From: Candidatus Borrarchaeota archaeon
GTDB taxonomy: Archaea > Asgardarchaeota > Sifarchaeia > Borrarchaeales > Borrarchaeaceae
Direction: 5' to 3'
DNA: 44,897 nt
Assembly (NCBI GenBank): GCA_016840315.1
Contig: JAEOSO010000001.1
Coordinates: 1-44,897, forward strand
The first letter of the stretch is position 1. Each line of letters starts with the position of its first letter. Positions 28,562-37,765 of the stretch are shown one piece after another. The notes beneath the pieces were generated by a model. That model ran no database searches and had not been told where the DNA came from. It was given only the letters and a program-made list of their open reading frames with translations. The translations under genes and the position numbers were made by a program.

Positions 28562-29770
28562 ATGTTACTGATGAAAGCCTACGTTCAAACTGCACGGGGA
28601 AAACCCTTAGACCCTACCACTCCGGCCAGAGCTAGACTCTTGATAGCAGGAGGCCGAGCAAAAGTGGTAGCGCGAACGCCGTTCACCATTCGTATGCTAA
28701 ACCGAGACATGGGCTATACTACCGAAGTAACGCTGGGAATTGATAGCGGCTATTCAAAGGTGGGGTTTTCAGCCGTTACCCAGAAAGAGGAACTGCTGGC
28801 GGGCGAACTGGCGTTACGAAGCGACATGTCTAAGAAATTGGAGCAGAAGAGAAACTATCGAAGAAACCGGCGCAGCCGCAATACCCGATATCGGGTGCCG
28901 CGGTTTGATAACCGGAAACGGGAAGAGGGTTGGTTGGCCCCATCTCTTCGCCATAAGAAGCAAGCTCATATCACACTGATTGAAATGATTAAGACCCTGG
29001 TACCCGTCATCCATACCGAACTGGAGGTAGCTACCTTTGATACCCAGTTGCTACAAAACCCGGAAATCTCGGGGGTCGAATATCAACAGGGGACGTTGCA
29101 AGGTTACCATATACGAGAGTACCTGCTGGAAAAATGGGGACGGAAGTGCGCCTATTGCGGAAAAACTGGAGTGCCACTTCAGGTGGAACATATCATCCCC
29201 AAGTCACGGGGTGGCAGTGATCGGGTCTCGAACCTCACCCTGAGTTGTAGCTGCTGCAATCAGCAAAAAGGTGATCGCACCGCCGCCGAGTTCGCCCACC
29301 CTGAAATCCAACGACAGGCGAAGACATCAATGAAAAGCGCGACTTTCATGAATCTGGTCCGATGGCAACTGGTTAACGACTTGGAGTGCAATCACACGTA
29401 CGGCTACCTCACCAAGAAACGACGGATTGAGGCGGGGTTAGTAAAATCACACCTCAATGACGCCTTTATTATCGCCGGAGGCCACCAGCAAATCAGGTGT
29501 AGCCCCTTCATGTTGATCCAACCCCGGCGCAACAATAGAAGTATCCAATTGAATAGAAAAGGGTATGGACGCAGCATCCGGACACAACGGTATGTCTTAC
29601 AGCCTCATGACCTCGTCTCTTATGAGGGACTGCGGTGTCAGGTCAAGGGAATGTTCAACCGGGGGCGTTGGGTGCGATTGAAAACCCCAACCGGCGCTAC
29701 CGTTAATACCCACGTCAAAAAAGTGAAATTAGTGAGGTATGGCAGCGGCTTGCAGTTCAGCCGCCCATAA
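28562..29770 (+). CDS. iscB: IscB RNA-guided nuclease (RuvC split by HNH), apparently intact
   Basis: PLMP-like N-terminus (GKPLDP..ARLLIAGGRAKVV), RuvC-I GIDSGYSKVGFS, Arg-rich helix RNYRRNRRSRNTRYRVPRFDNR and RuvC-II LEVATFD. HNH is CAYCG..LQVEHIIPKSRGGSDRVSNLTLSCSCCNQQKG. RuvC-III is KSHLNDAFIIAG, followed by a beta-rich C-terminal tail. Alternative ATG at 28571. Confidence 0.85.
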   Translation: MLLMKAYVQTARGKPLDPTTPARARLLIAGGRAKVVARTPFTIRMLNRDMGYTTEVTLGIDSGYSKVGFSAVTQKEELLAGELALRSDMSKKLEQKRNYRRNRRSRNTRYRVPRFDNRKREEGWLAPSLRHKKQAHITLIEMIKTLVPVIHTELEVATFDTQLLQNPEISGVEYQQGTLQGYHIREYLLEKWGRKCAYCGKTGVPLQVEHIIPKSRGGSDRVSNLTLSCSCCNQQKGDRTAAEFAHPEIQRQAKTSMKSATFMNLVRWQLVNDLECNHTYGYLTKKRRIEAGLVKSHLNDAFIIAGGHQQIRCSPFMLIQPRRNNRSIQLNRKGYGRSIRTQRYVLQPHDLVSYEGLRCQVKGMFNRGRWVRLKTPTGATVNTHVKKVKLVRYGSGLQFSRP

Positions 29771-29999
29771 TAACAAACTAACTCACTCATGGTAATCCCA
29801 GGCCTCCTGTACTCTCAGACTTAGTTAGTTATGGAGACCCTCTTTTCGGAGGTGTGAGAGAGAGGAAGAAACGCGATTCTCTTACCAAAATGCGATCAGA
29901 GAGTCATCTCCTGCCTCTCTGAAGGGGTTTTCTCGCTGATATCAGATAAAGTTTTAAAAGAAAACCTATTGACAAATTGCATAAAACTAAATATCATCA

Positions 30000-32900
30000 A
30001 TGAGGGAAATCATAATGACTTATGATACCATGAAGGAATATAGAACATCCAGCAAAGTTACAGGTCCGCTTCTTTTTGTTGAAGGTGTATCAGGTGTAGG
30101 ATATGCTGAAATTGTTGAGGTAGAAACACCATCAGGCGATAATCGACGCGGTCAAGTGCTTGAAGTAGCAGAAGGCCTTGCTGTAGTTCAGGTTTTTGAA
30201 GGAACTTCTGGTTTAGACACGTCAGTTACGTCTGTGAGATTTCTTGGTGAGACGCTCAAACTACCCGTCTCGGCTGATATTCTGGGACGTGTGTTTGATG
30301 GCAGTGGAGAACCAATAGATGGCGGTCCTAAAATTATTCCTGACGACCATTTCGACATTACAGGCGCACCAATTAATCCGGACGCACGTACCTACCCAAG
30401 AGAATTCATTCAAACTGGGATCTCAACGATAGATGGATTAAACACTCTCGTTCGTGGTCAGAAACTTCCACTATTCAGTGGTGCAGGGCTCCCGCACAAT
30501 TATATTGCGGCTCAAATTGCGCGTCAAGCTCGTGTGCTAGGAGAAGCGGAAGATTTTGCTATAGTGTTTGCCGCCATGGGAATCACATACGAAGAAGCAG
30601 CTTTCTTCCGTAAAGACTTTGAGGGAACTGGTGCATTAGAACGTGTTACGCTCTTTCTGAATCTAGCTGATGACCCTGCAGTTGAACGTATAATCACACC
30701 ACGTGTAGCACTAACTTGTGCAGAGTATCTCGCGTATGAACAAGATTATCAGGTATTGGTTATTCTTACAGATATGACTAACTATTGTCTCCACGGCAAG
30801 TCAAGGATATTTCTAGAAGATGGAACAATTACTACGATCGGTGAACTTGTTGAAGCAATTAAAGCGGGTAATCTCGATTTAAAAGATATTCGTGTTGCTA
30901 CGTTAGATATGAATTATAAATTGAACTATAGATCAGTAATTGATGTGCAAAAAATTCCATCGCCAAGAAAGCTTCTGGTGATAAAAACCCGTTCAGGTGG
31001 GGAAGTAATTGTCACTGGAGATCACAAAATACTCGTAGACATGATAGAAGGTCCGAAGATGATTCCTGCTGAGGAATTAGAAATAGGACAAGAAATCTAC
31101 TCCGTGAATCGCTTAGATGTAGATGCCAATACTGAAGATCTACCTTCATTGCTTGAAGTTTTGCAAGATTCTCCAGAACGTTTTTTCGTAACCTTTTCTG
31201 ATAAAGACATAAGTGAGAGCATTAATAACGCGTTAAAAAATAAACATGGTAGTCTTGGTAAAGCATGTGAATTACTCGATTTAAAATACAACCGTATTAC
31301 TGATAATTATGAAAAAAGAAGATACACGGTTGACGAACTGGGTAGAATAGGCAAAGCGCTTTCCTGGGAGAAATACCAGTGGAAATTGCTTTCATCTAAG
31401 ATTGATAAGATTGGTGCAGGTAAGAAAAGAACTGATTTAGCAAAAGGTTTTGATCTTTATACTGATGATTTCTTCTACTTTCTCGGTTTCATAGCTTCAG
31501 ATGGAACTGTTGGGATTTATGAAAATAAACGAAAAGATGGTAGCCTAAAAGGTTATACATACAAAGTTGGATTTGCCAATAAAATCAAAGATGTCGTTGT
31601 AAATACCAAAAAACTGGTCCAAAAATACATTCCTTCATTTGATCCGTCTTTACAACAAAACCAAAACGGCGTTTGGATTTGTGATACCAGTAATTTATTC
31701 CTAATGCGGTTAATAGAGATTTTCGGTGTTAAAGGCAGAGTAAAGGATGAAGAATGCTATTACCCCATCTTTAAACTCCCCGAGAACCTTATTGCGAGTT
31801 TCTTGCAAGGATATTTTGATGGTGACGGAACCGTACCACGTAAAGAAAAAGCTGTAAAGTTCGCTGTAGGTAAATTACCAGATTCTTTAGCACCAGGTTA
31901 TCCTCCTGAGCAGAGTAAAGAGAGGGCTAAAAACATTCAGCTACTGCTAAAAAGGCTTGGAATAGCCTCAAAAATATTAAAACGTGATACAACGAGTATA
32001 AAACCCGGCGACGAAAAAGGAACAAGTATAATTTATGATGTAGTAGTTAGAGGTAAACGGGATGTTCTCAAATTCATCGAGAATATTAACTCCAGACATC
32101 CAGAAAAGAGTGAAAAACTCAAAAAATTAGCAAGAGAATTAGAATCGATTCCTGATGTAACAACAGACTTCGAAAAAGCACCGTTAATCTCTGGTTCGTT
32201 GATTAAAAAGACGCGTGAGCATTTAAATCTACCTCAAACTTTCTTTGGCACATCTAGTCGGATTAGTGAAATTGAAAGTGGTAAAAAACGGCTGGGGAAT
32301 TTTGATTTATTACAAATGGCAGATAAAGTTGTAGAAGTTTATTTCAGTAATCCTGGACATCATAATATCAACGAATTGCATGATATGGAGAGTTTTGGCA
32401 GTGGCGACTTCATTCTTGATAAAATCGTAGAAATTGAAGAAATAGAATCTGACTCAGATTTTGTCTATGATATAACCATGGCTGAGGTTATGATCGGAAA
32501 TGAATTGGGTTCTCGTAAATCAGTAGGGTTCCGCGACAAAACTCATCGATTCGTTACTGATAATGGGTTAGTTGTTTCTAACTGTGAAAGTTTACGAGAG
32601 ATCTCCGCTGCCCGCGAAGAAGTTCCAGCTAGAAGAGGTTACCCAGGGTACCTCTATACCGACCTCGCAAGTATTTACGAACGGGCAGGGAGAATTACAG
32701 GAAGAAAAGGAACAATAACACAGATGCCTATTCTTACAATGCCCAATGACGACATCACACATCCCATACCCGACTTAACAGGCTATATAACCGAAGGACA
32801 GATTTACGTTGATCGTGGTCTACATAGAAGAGGTATTTATCCTCCAATCGATGTTTTACCTTCACTATCACGCTTGATGAAGGAAGGTATTGGAAAAGGA

Positions 32901-33206
32901 CTAACACGTGAAGACCATAGAGAAGTTGCTGACCAATTGTATTATGGTTACTCTGAAGGAAGAGATCTGCGAGAACTAGTAGCAGTAGTAGGCGAAGAAG
33001 CGCTTACAGAGAGAGATAGAAGATACTTAGAGTTTGCCGAGCGTTTTGAGCGGGAATTCACAAGCCAACGGATGGATGAGGATCGTTCAATCGATGATAC
33101 ATTAGATATAGGGTGGGAACTTCTTGCAAAATTACCCGAAAAGGAACTCAAGAGGATCGATCCTGATACAATTAAAAAATGGCATCCTTCATATCGCGCG
33201 CGCTAA
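30000..33206 (+). CDS. atpB: A/V-type ATP synthase subunit B, containing an intein
   Basis: The exteins read ..[11 protein letters not shown] / [29 protein letters not shown].. The start could be a downstream ATG (30015 or 30030). Confidence 0.9.
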   Translation: MREIIMTYDTMKEYRTSSKVTGPLLFVEGVSGVGYAEIVEVETPSGDNRRGQVLEVAEGLAVVQVFEGTSGLDTSVTSVRFLGETLKLPVSADILGRVFDGSGEPIDGGPKIIPDDHFDITGAPINPDARTYPREFIQTGISTIDGLNTLVRGQKLPLFSGAGLPHNYIAAQIARQARVLGEAEDFAIVFAAMGITYEEAAFFRKDFEGTGALERVTLFLNLADDPAVERIITPRVALTCAEYLAYEQDYQVLVILTDMTNYCLHGKSRIFLEDGTITTIGELVEAIKAGNLDLKDIRVATLDMNYKLNYRSVIDVQKIPSPRKLLVIKTRSGGEVIVTGDHKILVDMIEGPKMIPAEELEIGQEIYSVNRLDVDANTEDLPSLLEVLQDSPERFFVTFSDKDISESINNALKNKHGSLGKACELLDLKYNRITDNYEKRRYTVDELGRIGKALSWEKYQWKLLSSKIDKIGAGKKRTDLAKGFDLYTDDFFYFLGFIASDGTVGIYENKRKDGSLKGYTYKVGFANKIKDVVVNTKKLVQKYIPSFDPSLQQNQNGVWICDTSNLFLMRLIEIFGVKGRVKDEECYYPIFKLPENLIASFLQGYFDGDGTVPRKEKAVKFAVGKLPDSLAPGYPPEQSKERAKNIQLLLKRLGIASKILKRDTTSIKPGDEKGTSIIYDVVVRGKRDVLKFIENINSRHPEKSEKLKKLARELESIPDVTTDFEKAPLISGSLIKKTREHLNLPQTFFGTSSRISEIESGKKRLGNFDLLQMADKVVEVYFSNPGHHNINELHDMESFGSGDFILDKIVEIEEIESDSDFVYDITMAEVMIGNELGSRKSVGFRDKTHRFVTDNGLVVSNCESLREISAAREEVPARRGYPGYLYTDLASIYERAGRITGRKGTITQMPILTMPNDDITHPIPDLTGYITEGQIYVDRGLHRRGIYPPIDVLPSLSRLMKEGIGKGLTREDHREVADQLYYGYSEGRDLRELVAVVGEEALTERDRRYLEFAERFEREFTSQRMDEDRSIDDTLDIGWELLAKLPEKELKRIDPDTIKKWHPSYRAR
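30786..32582 (+). mobile_element. Full-length intein (599 aa) with a LAGLIDADG homing endonuclease
   Basis: Block [14 protein letters not shown], block [19 protein letters not shown] motifs [14 protein letters not shown] and [13 protein letters not shown]-terminal GLVVSN followed by the +1 Cys. Confidence 0.85.
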
Positions 33207-33266
33207 AAATAAGATATTCTTAAGCTACATCCTTTCCTTTATAGTAGGATCGTGGAGGAAAAGTAA

Positions 33267-33932
33267 ATGAGTGAACTTATGTCGGGCATCCGACCCACTA
33301 GAATGGAATTATTATCTTTAAAGGACAGACAGTCACTTGCCGTGAAAGGCCACGGACTTTTGAGTGAAAAAATGGATGCTCTCATACTAGAGTTTTTTGC
33401 AATTCTTGAAGATGTTAAGACGGCACGAGCATCACTCTCTGAAATGCTTGCAAGGGCATTTAAGTTTCTAATGGAAACGAAAATGGTTTTAGGGGCGATT
33501 AAACTTAAGGAAATTGCTACGGCGGCGCCAAGTCTCTTTAAATTAGAGGCCGAGACGCGCAATCTGATGGGTGTGAGGGTTCCTGTCTTACATCTTGAGA
33601 AAAAACTCGATGAATCCGAAAAAATACCCTTTTACGGATTTGTAGACACACCGACAGTGCTAGACGAATCGGTAACTCTTTTCCAGAAGATACTTGAAAA
33701 AATAACAAAATATGCCGAAGTTATCGCAACAATGGAACGGCTAGCCGACGAGATCATAAGTACTAAGCGACGGGTCAATGCACTTAATTATGTGATTATT
33801 CCTCGTCTCGAAACTACCATTAATTTCATAGAACAATATCTAGAGGAAAGAGAACGCGAATCATTTGTTAGAATGCGTCACATAAAACGATTATTAGAAA
33901 AAAAGGGAGTTAAAGAAAAAAGTAGCGTATAA
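33267..33932 (+). CDS. atpD: A/V-type ATP synthase subunit D
   Basis: IRPTRMELLSLKDRQSLAVKGHGLLSEKMDAL N-terminal signature and a coiled-coil protein of about 220 aa. Confidence 0.9.
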   Translation: MSELMSGIRPTRMELLSLKDRQSLAVKGHGLLSEKMDALILEFFAILEDVKTARASLSEMLARAFKFLMETKMVLGAIKLKEIATAAPSLFKLEAETRNLMGVRVPVLHLEKKLDESEKIPFYGFVDTPTVLDESVTLFQKILEKITKYAEVIATMERLADEIISTKRRVNALNYVIIPRLETTINFIEQYLEERERESFVRMRHIKRLLEKKGVKEKSSV

Positions 33933-34099
33933 ACTGATAGCATATTATCAATCATAAATGAACTTTCTTTTTGAAAGTCTCCGAAAATCAGATCATACGT
34001 CTAGTAATAAAAGGGGAACTTCATTTTTTAAACAAAACCAAAAAGAAACTTTACCGTTCCTTTCATAATAGCATCTATTTCTTAGCCAGATAGTGTCTA

Positions 34100-34310
34100 T
34101 CCATTCACGAGAACGTATGTGTAGTTCACGCTAGGACGGCTGAGCGGGATACCTGTCGCCATATAGGGGACAGGCTTTATGTGCTAAACTACCACCGTTC
34201 CCCAAATCATATATATGTTTCCTGCTTTACAATTGCCGCGCCTTGATTGTTCCCTAGGCGGATTGAGGCAACTCGTGAGGTAGGGCATGATGGCTACAGA
34301 TTGGTATCAT
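34100..34310. other. GC-rich non-coding island with IS200/IS605 right-end-like motifs on both strands (probable IS debris)
   Basis: Hairpin plus exact GTAGTTCAC at 34121-34129 (+). GGTGGTAGTTTAG on the minus strand at about 34177-34189. Stem CCTGTC-11nt-GACAGG. No ORF. Confidence 0.3.
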
Positions 34311-34526
34311 TAGGCATAACAGCAATAAAATTTACATTACCCCATTGAGAATACTTTAAATGATACGAACAATATACTAAATGGAATTGAACATACAAGC
34401 CTTTGAGGACTAGTTTAGATCCACACTAAGCCGTTGAATCTATCCAAGACGCAAAAAGGTACAATTAATTCAAAAACACAAGGGTTTAGGAGACAGACAG
34501 GAGTGTCATCTTTGGAAGACAAAGCC

Positions 34527-34877
34527 ATGAAGGTCATTCTAGATACTGGAGTGCAAGGCATATTACAGTCTGATCTTTGGAAAAAGCTGGAAACTACAAG
34601 CCGAGAGGGCTCAAGACTAGCTGTACGCTTGGAAAAGACTGGGTTGGTTAAGCGGGTAAAAGAATTAGTTGATGGAAGATGGACCTTCCGACTTTATGCA
34701 ATCTCAGATGCCTTAAAAACTAAATCGGGAAATACTCTTGAAGGCTGTCCGTGTTTTAAATGTGCAGATCTGGCGAGATGCGGAAACCTTCAATCAATAT
34801 CCCCTGTTTTCTGTGCTGGTTTGGATCACTGGCTTCAAATACTCTCTAAGACTGGTCGCAGGAATAATTCTTCATAA
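34527..34877 (+). CDS. TFE-beta-like (TFIIE-beta/RPC39-like) protein: winged helix plus a 4-Cys Fe-S type motif
   Basis: wH segment ILQSDLWKKLETTSREGSRLAVRLEKTGLVKRV, then C-P-C-x2-C-x5-C-x10-C (CPCFKCADLARCGNLQSISPVFC). ATG 34527 preferred over TTG 34434. Confidence 0.5.
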   Translation: MKVILDTGVQGILQSDLWKKLETTSREGSRLAVRLEKTGLVKRVKELVDGRWTFRLYAISDALKTKSGNTLEGCPCFKCADLARCGNLQSISPVFCAGLDHWLQILSKTGRRNNSS

Positions 34878-34956
34878 GATATTCGATAAAATGGGAAGGG
34901 GATCTAAATCACTGTATTTTTTCATATTGAATCATGAATATTGGAGATTTTTGTCA

Positions 34957-35577
34957 ATGGGTAAACGGAGGATGTGGTTGAACGAGAAGAAAAAGGATCA
35001 TTACTATAAAAAGGCAAAAAAAGAGAATCTCCGTTCAAGAGCGGCGTTTAAGCTTATTCAGTTAAATGAAAAATTCAAATTCAAATTAATAAAAAAAGGA
35101 GACAGTGTTTTAGATTTAGGCTGTGCGCCAGGCGGCTGGCTAAAAGCGATTAAAAACCTTGTAGGTGAAAAAGGTATAGTTGTAGGAGTAGATTTACAAC
35201 CTATAACTCCAATCCCCCAAGTAAAGTTTGTTTTAGGCGATATCACGGACGAAAATACCATAGCTGAAATTAAAGAATATAATTCTAGTTTTGATGTAAT
35301 TACCTCTGATTGCAGCCCCAATGTAAGCGGAAACTGGGAAGTGGATCATGCCCGACAAATTTATCTGGCTGAGATGTCGCTAGAAATTTGTCAACAACTT
35401 CTTTGTGAGGGAGGTAATTTCGTAGTTAAAGTTTTTCAAGGAGAACTCTTTGAAGATTTCATTGAAAAAATGAAACAAATGTTTGAGAAGGTAATTATAA
35501 GCAAACCCGATGCTTCGAGAAAAAGGAGTTCAGAAATATACGTAGTTGGTCGCCAGTATGACCCCAAATATTCTTGA
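34957..35577 (+). CDS. rlmE: 23S rRNA 2'-O-methyltransferase RlmE/FtsJ
   Basis: RSRAAFKLIQLNEKF and VLDLGCAPGGW, plus the catalytic K-D-K-E context. Start moved to ATG 34957. Confidence 0.85.
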   Translation: MGKRRMWLNEKKKDHYYKKAKKENLRSRAAFKLIQLNEKFKFKLIKKGDSVLDLGCAPGGWLKAIKNLVGEKGIVVGVDLQPITPIPQVKFVLGDITDENTIAEIKEYNSSFDVITSDCSPNVSGNWEVDHARQIYLAEMSLEICQQLLCEGGNFVVKVFQGELFEDFIEKMKQMFEKVIISKPDASRKRSSEIYVVGRQYDPKYS

Positions 35578-36466
35578 AAATGTCAAGGCAAAAATTTACT
35601 CAGAATTTTATCAGCGAGCCTTAGACGATATAATAATTTATGAACGCGAATCTAGTGATTTAGTTGATCTTTCGCTGCTAGTTGGTTTATGTAGAAATTT
35701 TCTCCCTTGGGACCACGAGAGGATTCAGTCCAAAGCAGAACAAATTAATAATGCCTTAGGTCTTCATATCAAGTATGTTCGTTGTTGTAATCACAAGAAT
35801 CCGAGTTGTAATGCACGACAAATGTTAGAAGTTCAAGAAATCCCACTTTCTCACATTCCTAAGGTAATATGGGGCTTTCAATCGGTTATGTTGCACTTCT
35901 TTTTTAAGATCCCATCAGGTTCTAAATTCCCAATACGATGTGAACAACATGCCAACATTCTAGCCGAACATAATTTCAGATTAACTCGAATTAATCTCTC
36001 GCGCGGATTCTCAATTTTTCAAGAACCCCAAGTTGAAGTGGAATTACAATTTAAAGGAGATTGGGTAATTCACATCCCGTACCAGATCGGAGACTGGGGA
36101 AAACTCTTGGAATCAGCTAAAGCATTAGAGATGATGATTATTCAGCCTAGGCTTCAAACTACAGGTGATTTGTATATAATGACACGTCTCGTTTGGAATA
36201 AAGAAAAAATGCGTCCAAGGGACGCAGATGAAAGATTTACAGAATTAGTTATACAAAATGGATTTGTAGTCGGAAAAAAGATATTTCCGATGTTCTTTTT
36301 GGCTCATCCAATGTTTGAAACTCTAAATGATCTTGTGCAAAAACATCGAGAAGACATTAAAGAAATCACATTCAATTCAATCTTACTTAGACATACTATT
36401 GATCTTGCAAAGGATATTTCAAAGGCTAGAGAACTTAGTGAAGAGTTTGGTGCGTTAGCTCACTGA
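35558..36466 (+). CDS. Hypothetical protein (302 aa), no recognised domain
   Basis: Long ORF whose ATG overlaps the last 20 nt of rlmE. Host-like AT-rich composition. Confidence 0.5.
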   Translation: MTPNILENVKAKIYSEFYQRALDDIIIYERESSDLVDLSLLVGLCRNFLPWDHERIQSKAEQINNALGLHIKYVRCCNHKNPSCNARQMLEVQEIPLSHIPKVIWGFQSVMLHFFFKIPSGSKFPIRCEQHANILAEHNFRLTRINLSRGFSIFQEPQVEVELQFKGDWVIHIPYQIGDWGKLLESAKALEMMIIQPRLQTTGDLYIMTRLVWNKEKMRPRDADERFTELVIQNGFVVGKKIFPMFFLAHPMFETLNDLVQKHREDIKEITFNSILLRHTIDLAKDISKARELSEEFGALAH

Positions 36467-37671
36467 CGTAACTTCAGCAGTATATCCTTAAGATCGTCGA
36501 TGTTGGCAGTAGTACGAAGTGCTGTAGGCTTAAAATGCGTTCTCGTTGTTTTAAAATCTTTTTTTTCTAAAAGATTCATTACGTGCTCTATTTTTGGAAC
36601 TTGGATTGATAAATCGTCACATAACGAGTGAATATCATAGTATAAAGGAGGGCCGTCTGCTTCTTCAATAATCCGAATTAAAAGTCGCATTATACGTTTT
36701 TTTGTAGCGTCAAGTTGTCTTTTTTCTGCTTCAGCTTTCATTCTCTCGCAAAGTGATTTATCGAATAGTTTACCAACAAACAAAGGTCCACCAATGGATA
36801 AGGGAGACGTACAGTTAGGGCACAAATGGGTAAACAAGGTAGTAATTCCTTCAACAAGATCTCTATAACCACATGAAAAACAATGCAGAAGAAAACCAAG
36901 ACTCTCTAAAGAAGCATCTGCTTTTGTATCGCCATGATCAGCTTCAATATAAACACGAATATAATGATCTGTACTATGAACGAATCTCACTTTCGTGCCC
37001 ATACTAAACCGTGCAGCGATTCTTATAATACATCCTGCTAATAACCTAACTGCGATTTCATGGCAATATTTTGTCTTTAATGGATATCCTCCATACTTTC
37101 GAAAGCTTGCCTCTGGATAGACTCCACAAAGCGGAGCCATATCTGTTGCCGTAGCACACAATAAACTTTCTTTTTTCTTAAGGGCGCGTATAGCTGCATC
37201 GATGTATGGTGCCGGTGTTCCAAAAGGGTCGACATCAATGACGTCAAATCGATTTCCACTAGCGGTGTGCTTATCCAAAAAGAGATTCCCGTCTTCATTT
37301 GATACTTTGACTTTTTCCCGTACTTCATTTACTCTAATATTTTCCTTTGTCAACTCGTATGCAGGAGTACTCCTGTCATTTAGATATACTTCTTGAATTC
37401 CACGAACTTCTAGAGCAATTCGAATACCCCGGACTCCACAACCAGTTAATGGTTCACAAAACTGAATTAGGCGTTGTTTTTCTTCCTGAAATACTTGAAC
37501 TGCTAATATAGATAAATCTCTGTTCAATTCCATTTGAGGATTGTAAAATACTGGCGTTTTTACAAAATCTGTTTCCATATCTGGTGTATCTGGTATATAG
37601 AAAGAGACTCTTCCTTCAGTAACTCTGCGTAATGGAAACTTTATTTTATCTCCTTTAGTACTAGGCACCAT
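36460..37671 (-). CDS. trm1: tRNA (guanine26-N2)-dimethyltransferase
   Basis: FYNPQMELNRDLSI, EPLTGCGVRGIR, DVDPFGTPAPY and a C-terminal Cys cluster (CFSCG..CPNC). Confidence 0.9.
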   Translation of the reverse strand: MVPSTKGDKIKFPLRRVTEGRVSFYIPDTPDMETDFVKTPVFYNPQMELNRDLSILAVQVFQEEKQRLIQFCEPLTGCGVRGIRIALEVRGIQEVYLNDRSTPAYELTKENIRVNEVREKVKVSNEDGNLFLDKHTASGNRFDVIDVDPFGTPAPYIDAAIRALKKKESLLCATATDMAPLCGVYPEASFRKYGGYPLKTKYCHEIAVRLLAGCIIRIAARFSMGTKVRFVHSTDHYIRVYIEADHGDTKADASLESLGFLLHCFSCGYRDLVEGITTLFTHLCPNCTSPLSIGGPLFVGKLFDKSLCERMKAEAEKRQLDATKKRIMRLLIRIIEEADGPPLYYDIHSLCDDLSIQVPKIEHVMNLLEKKDFKTTRTHFKPTALRTTANIDDLKDILLKLRQ

Positions 37672-37765
37672 TCGGATTTCACACTTTTGTTTGCCTTTGT
37701 GTTACTTTAGGTGAATTTCTTAAAAGTATTATTAGGATCTTGTGTAAAATATTCGGTAAGAAGGG

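Larger units (their letters stand above)
28251..29945 (+). mobile_element. IscB-carrying IS200/IS605-like element, no tnpA; ends approximate
   Basis: GC-rich block flanked by AT-rich host DNA. Left hairpin CCCCTCCC..GGAAGGGG and a similar right-side motif CCTCTCTGAAGGGG (about 29915-29930). Confidence 0.5.

Noticed and set aside
28740-29243. Alternative-frame ORFs inside iscB (28740-28979, 28814-29014, 29037-29243) and inside tnpB (15749-16009, 16324-16575)
   Set aside because: GC-rich IS sequence has few stop codons in any frame. The products are Arg/Pro/Gly-rich with no motifs, while the main frames carry complete nuclease motifs.
34260-34320. tRNA-like or C/D-like hairpin (gggcATGATggctacagattggtATCATtaggc) in the atpD-tfeB spacer
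   Set aside because: There is only a 5-bp stem, no T-loop or D-loop consensus and no box D. It is folded into the 'GC-rich island' finding rather than called as an RNA gene.
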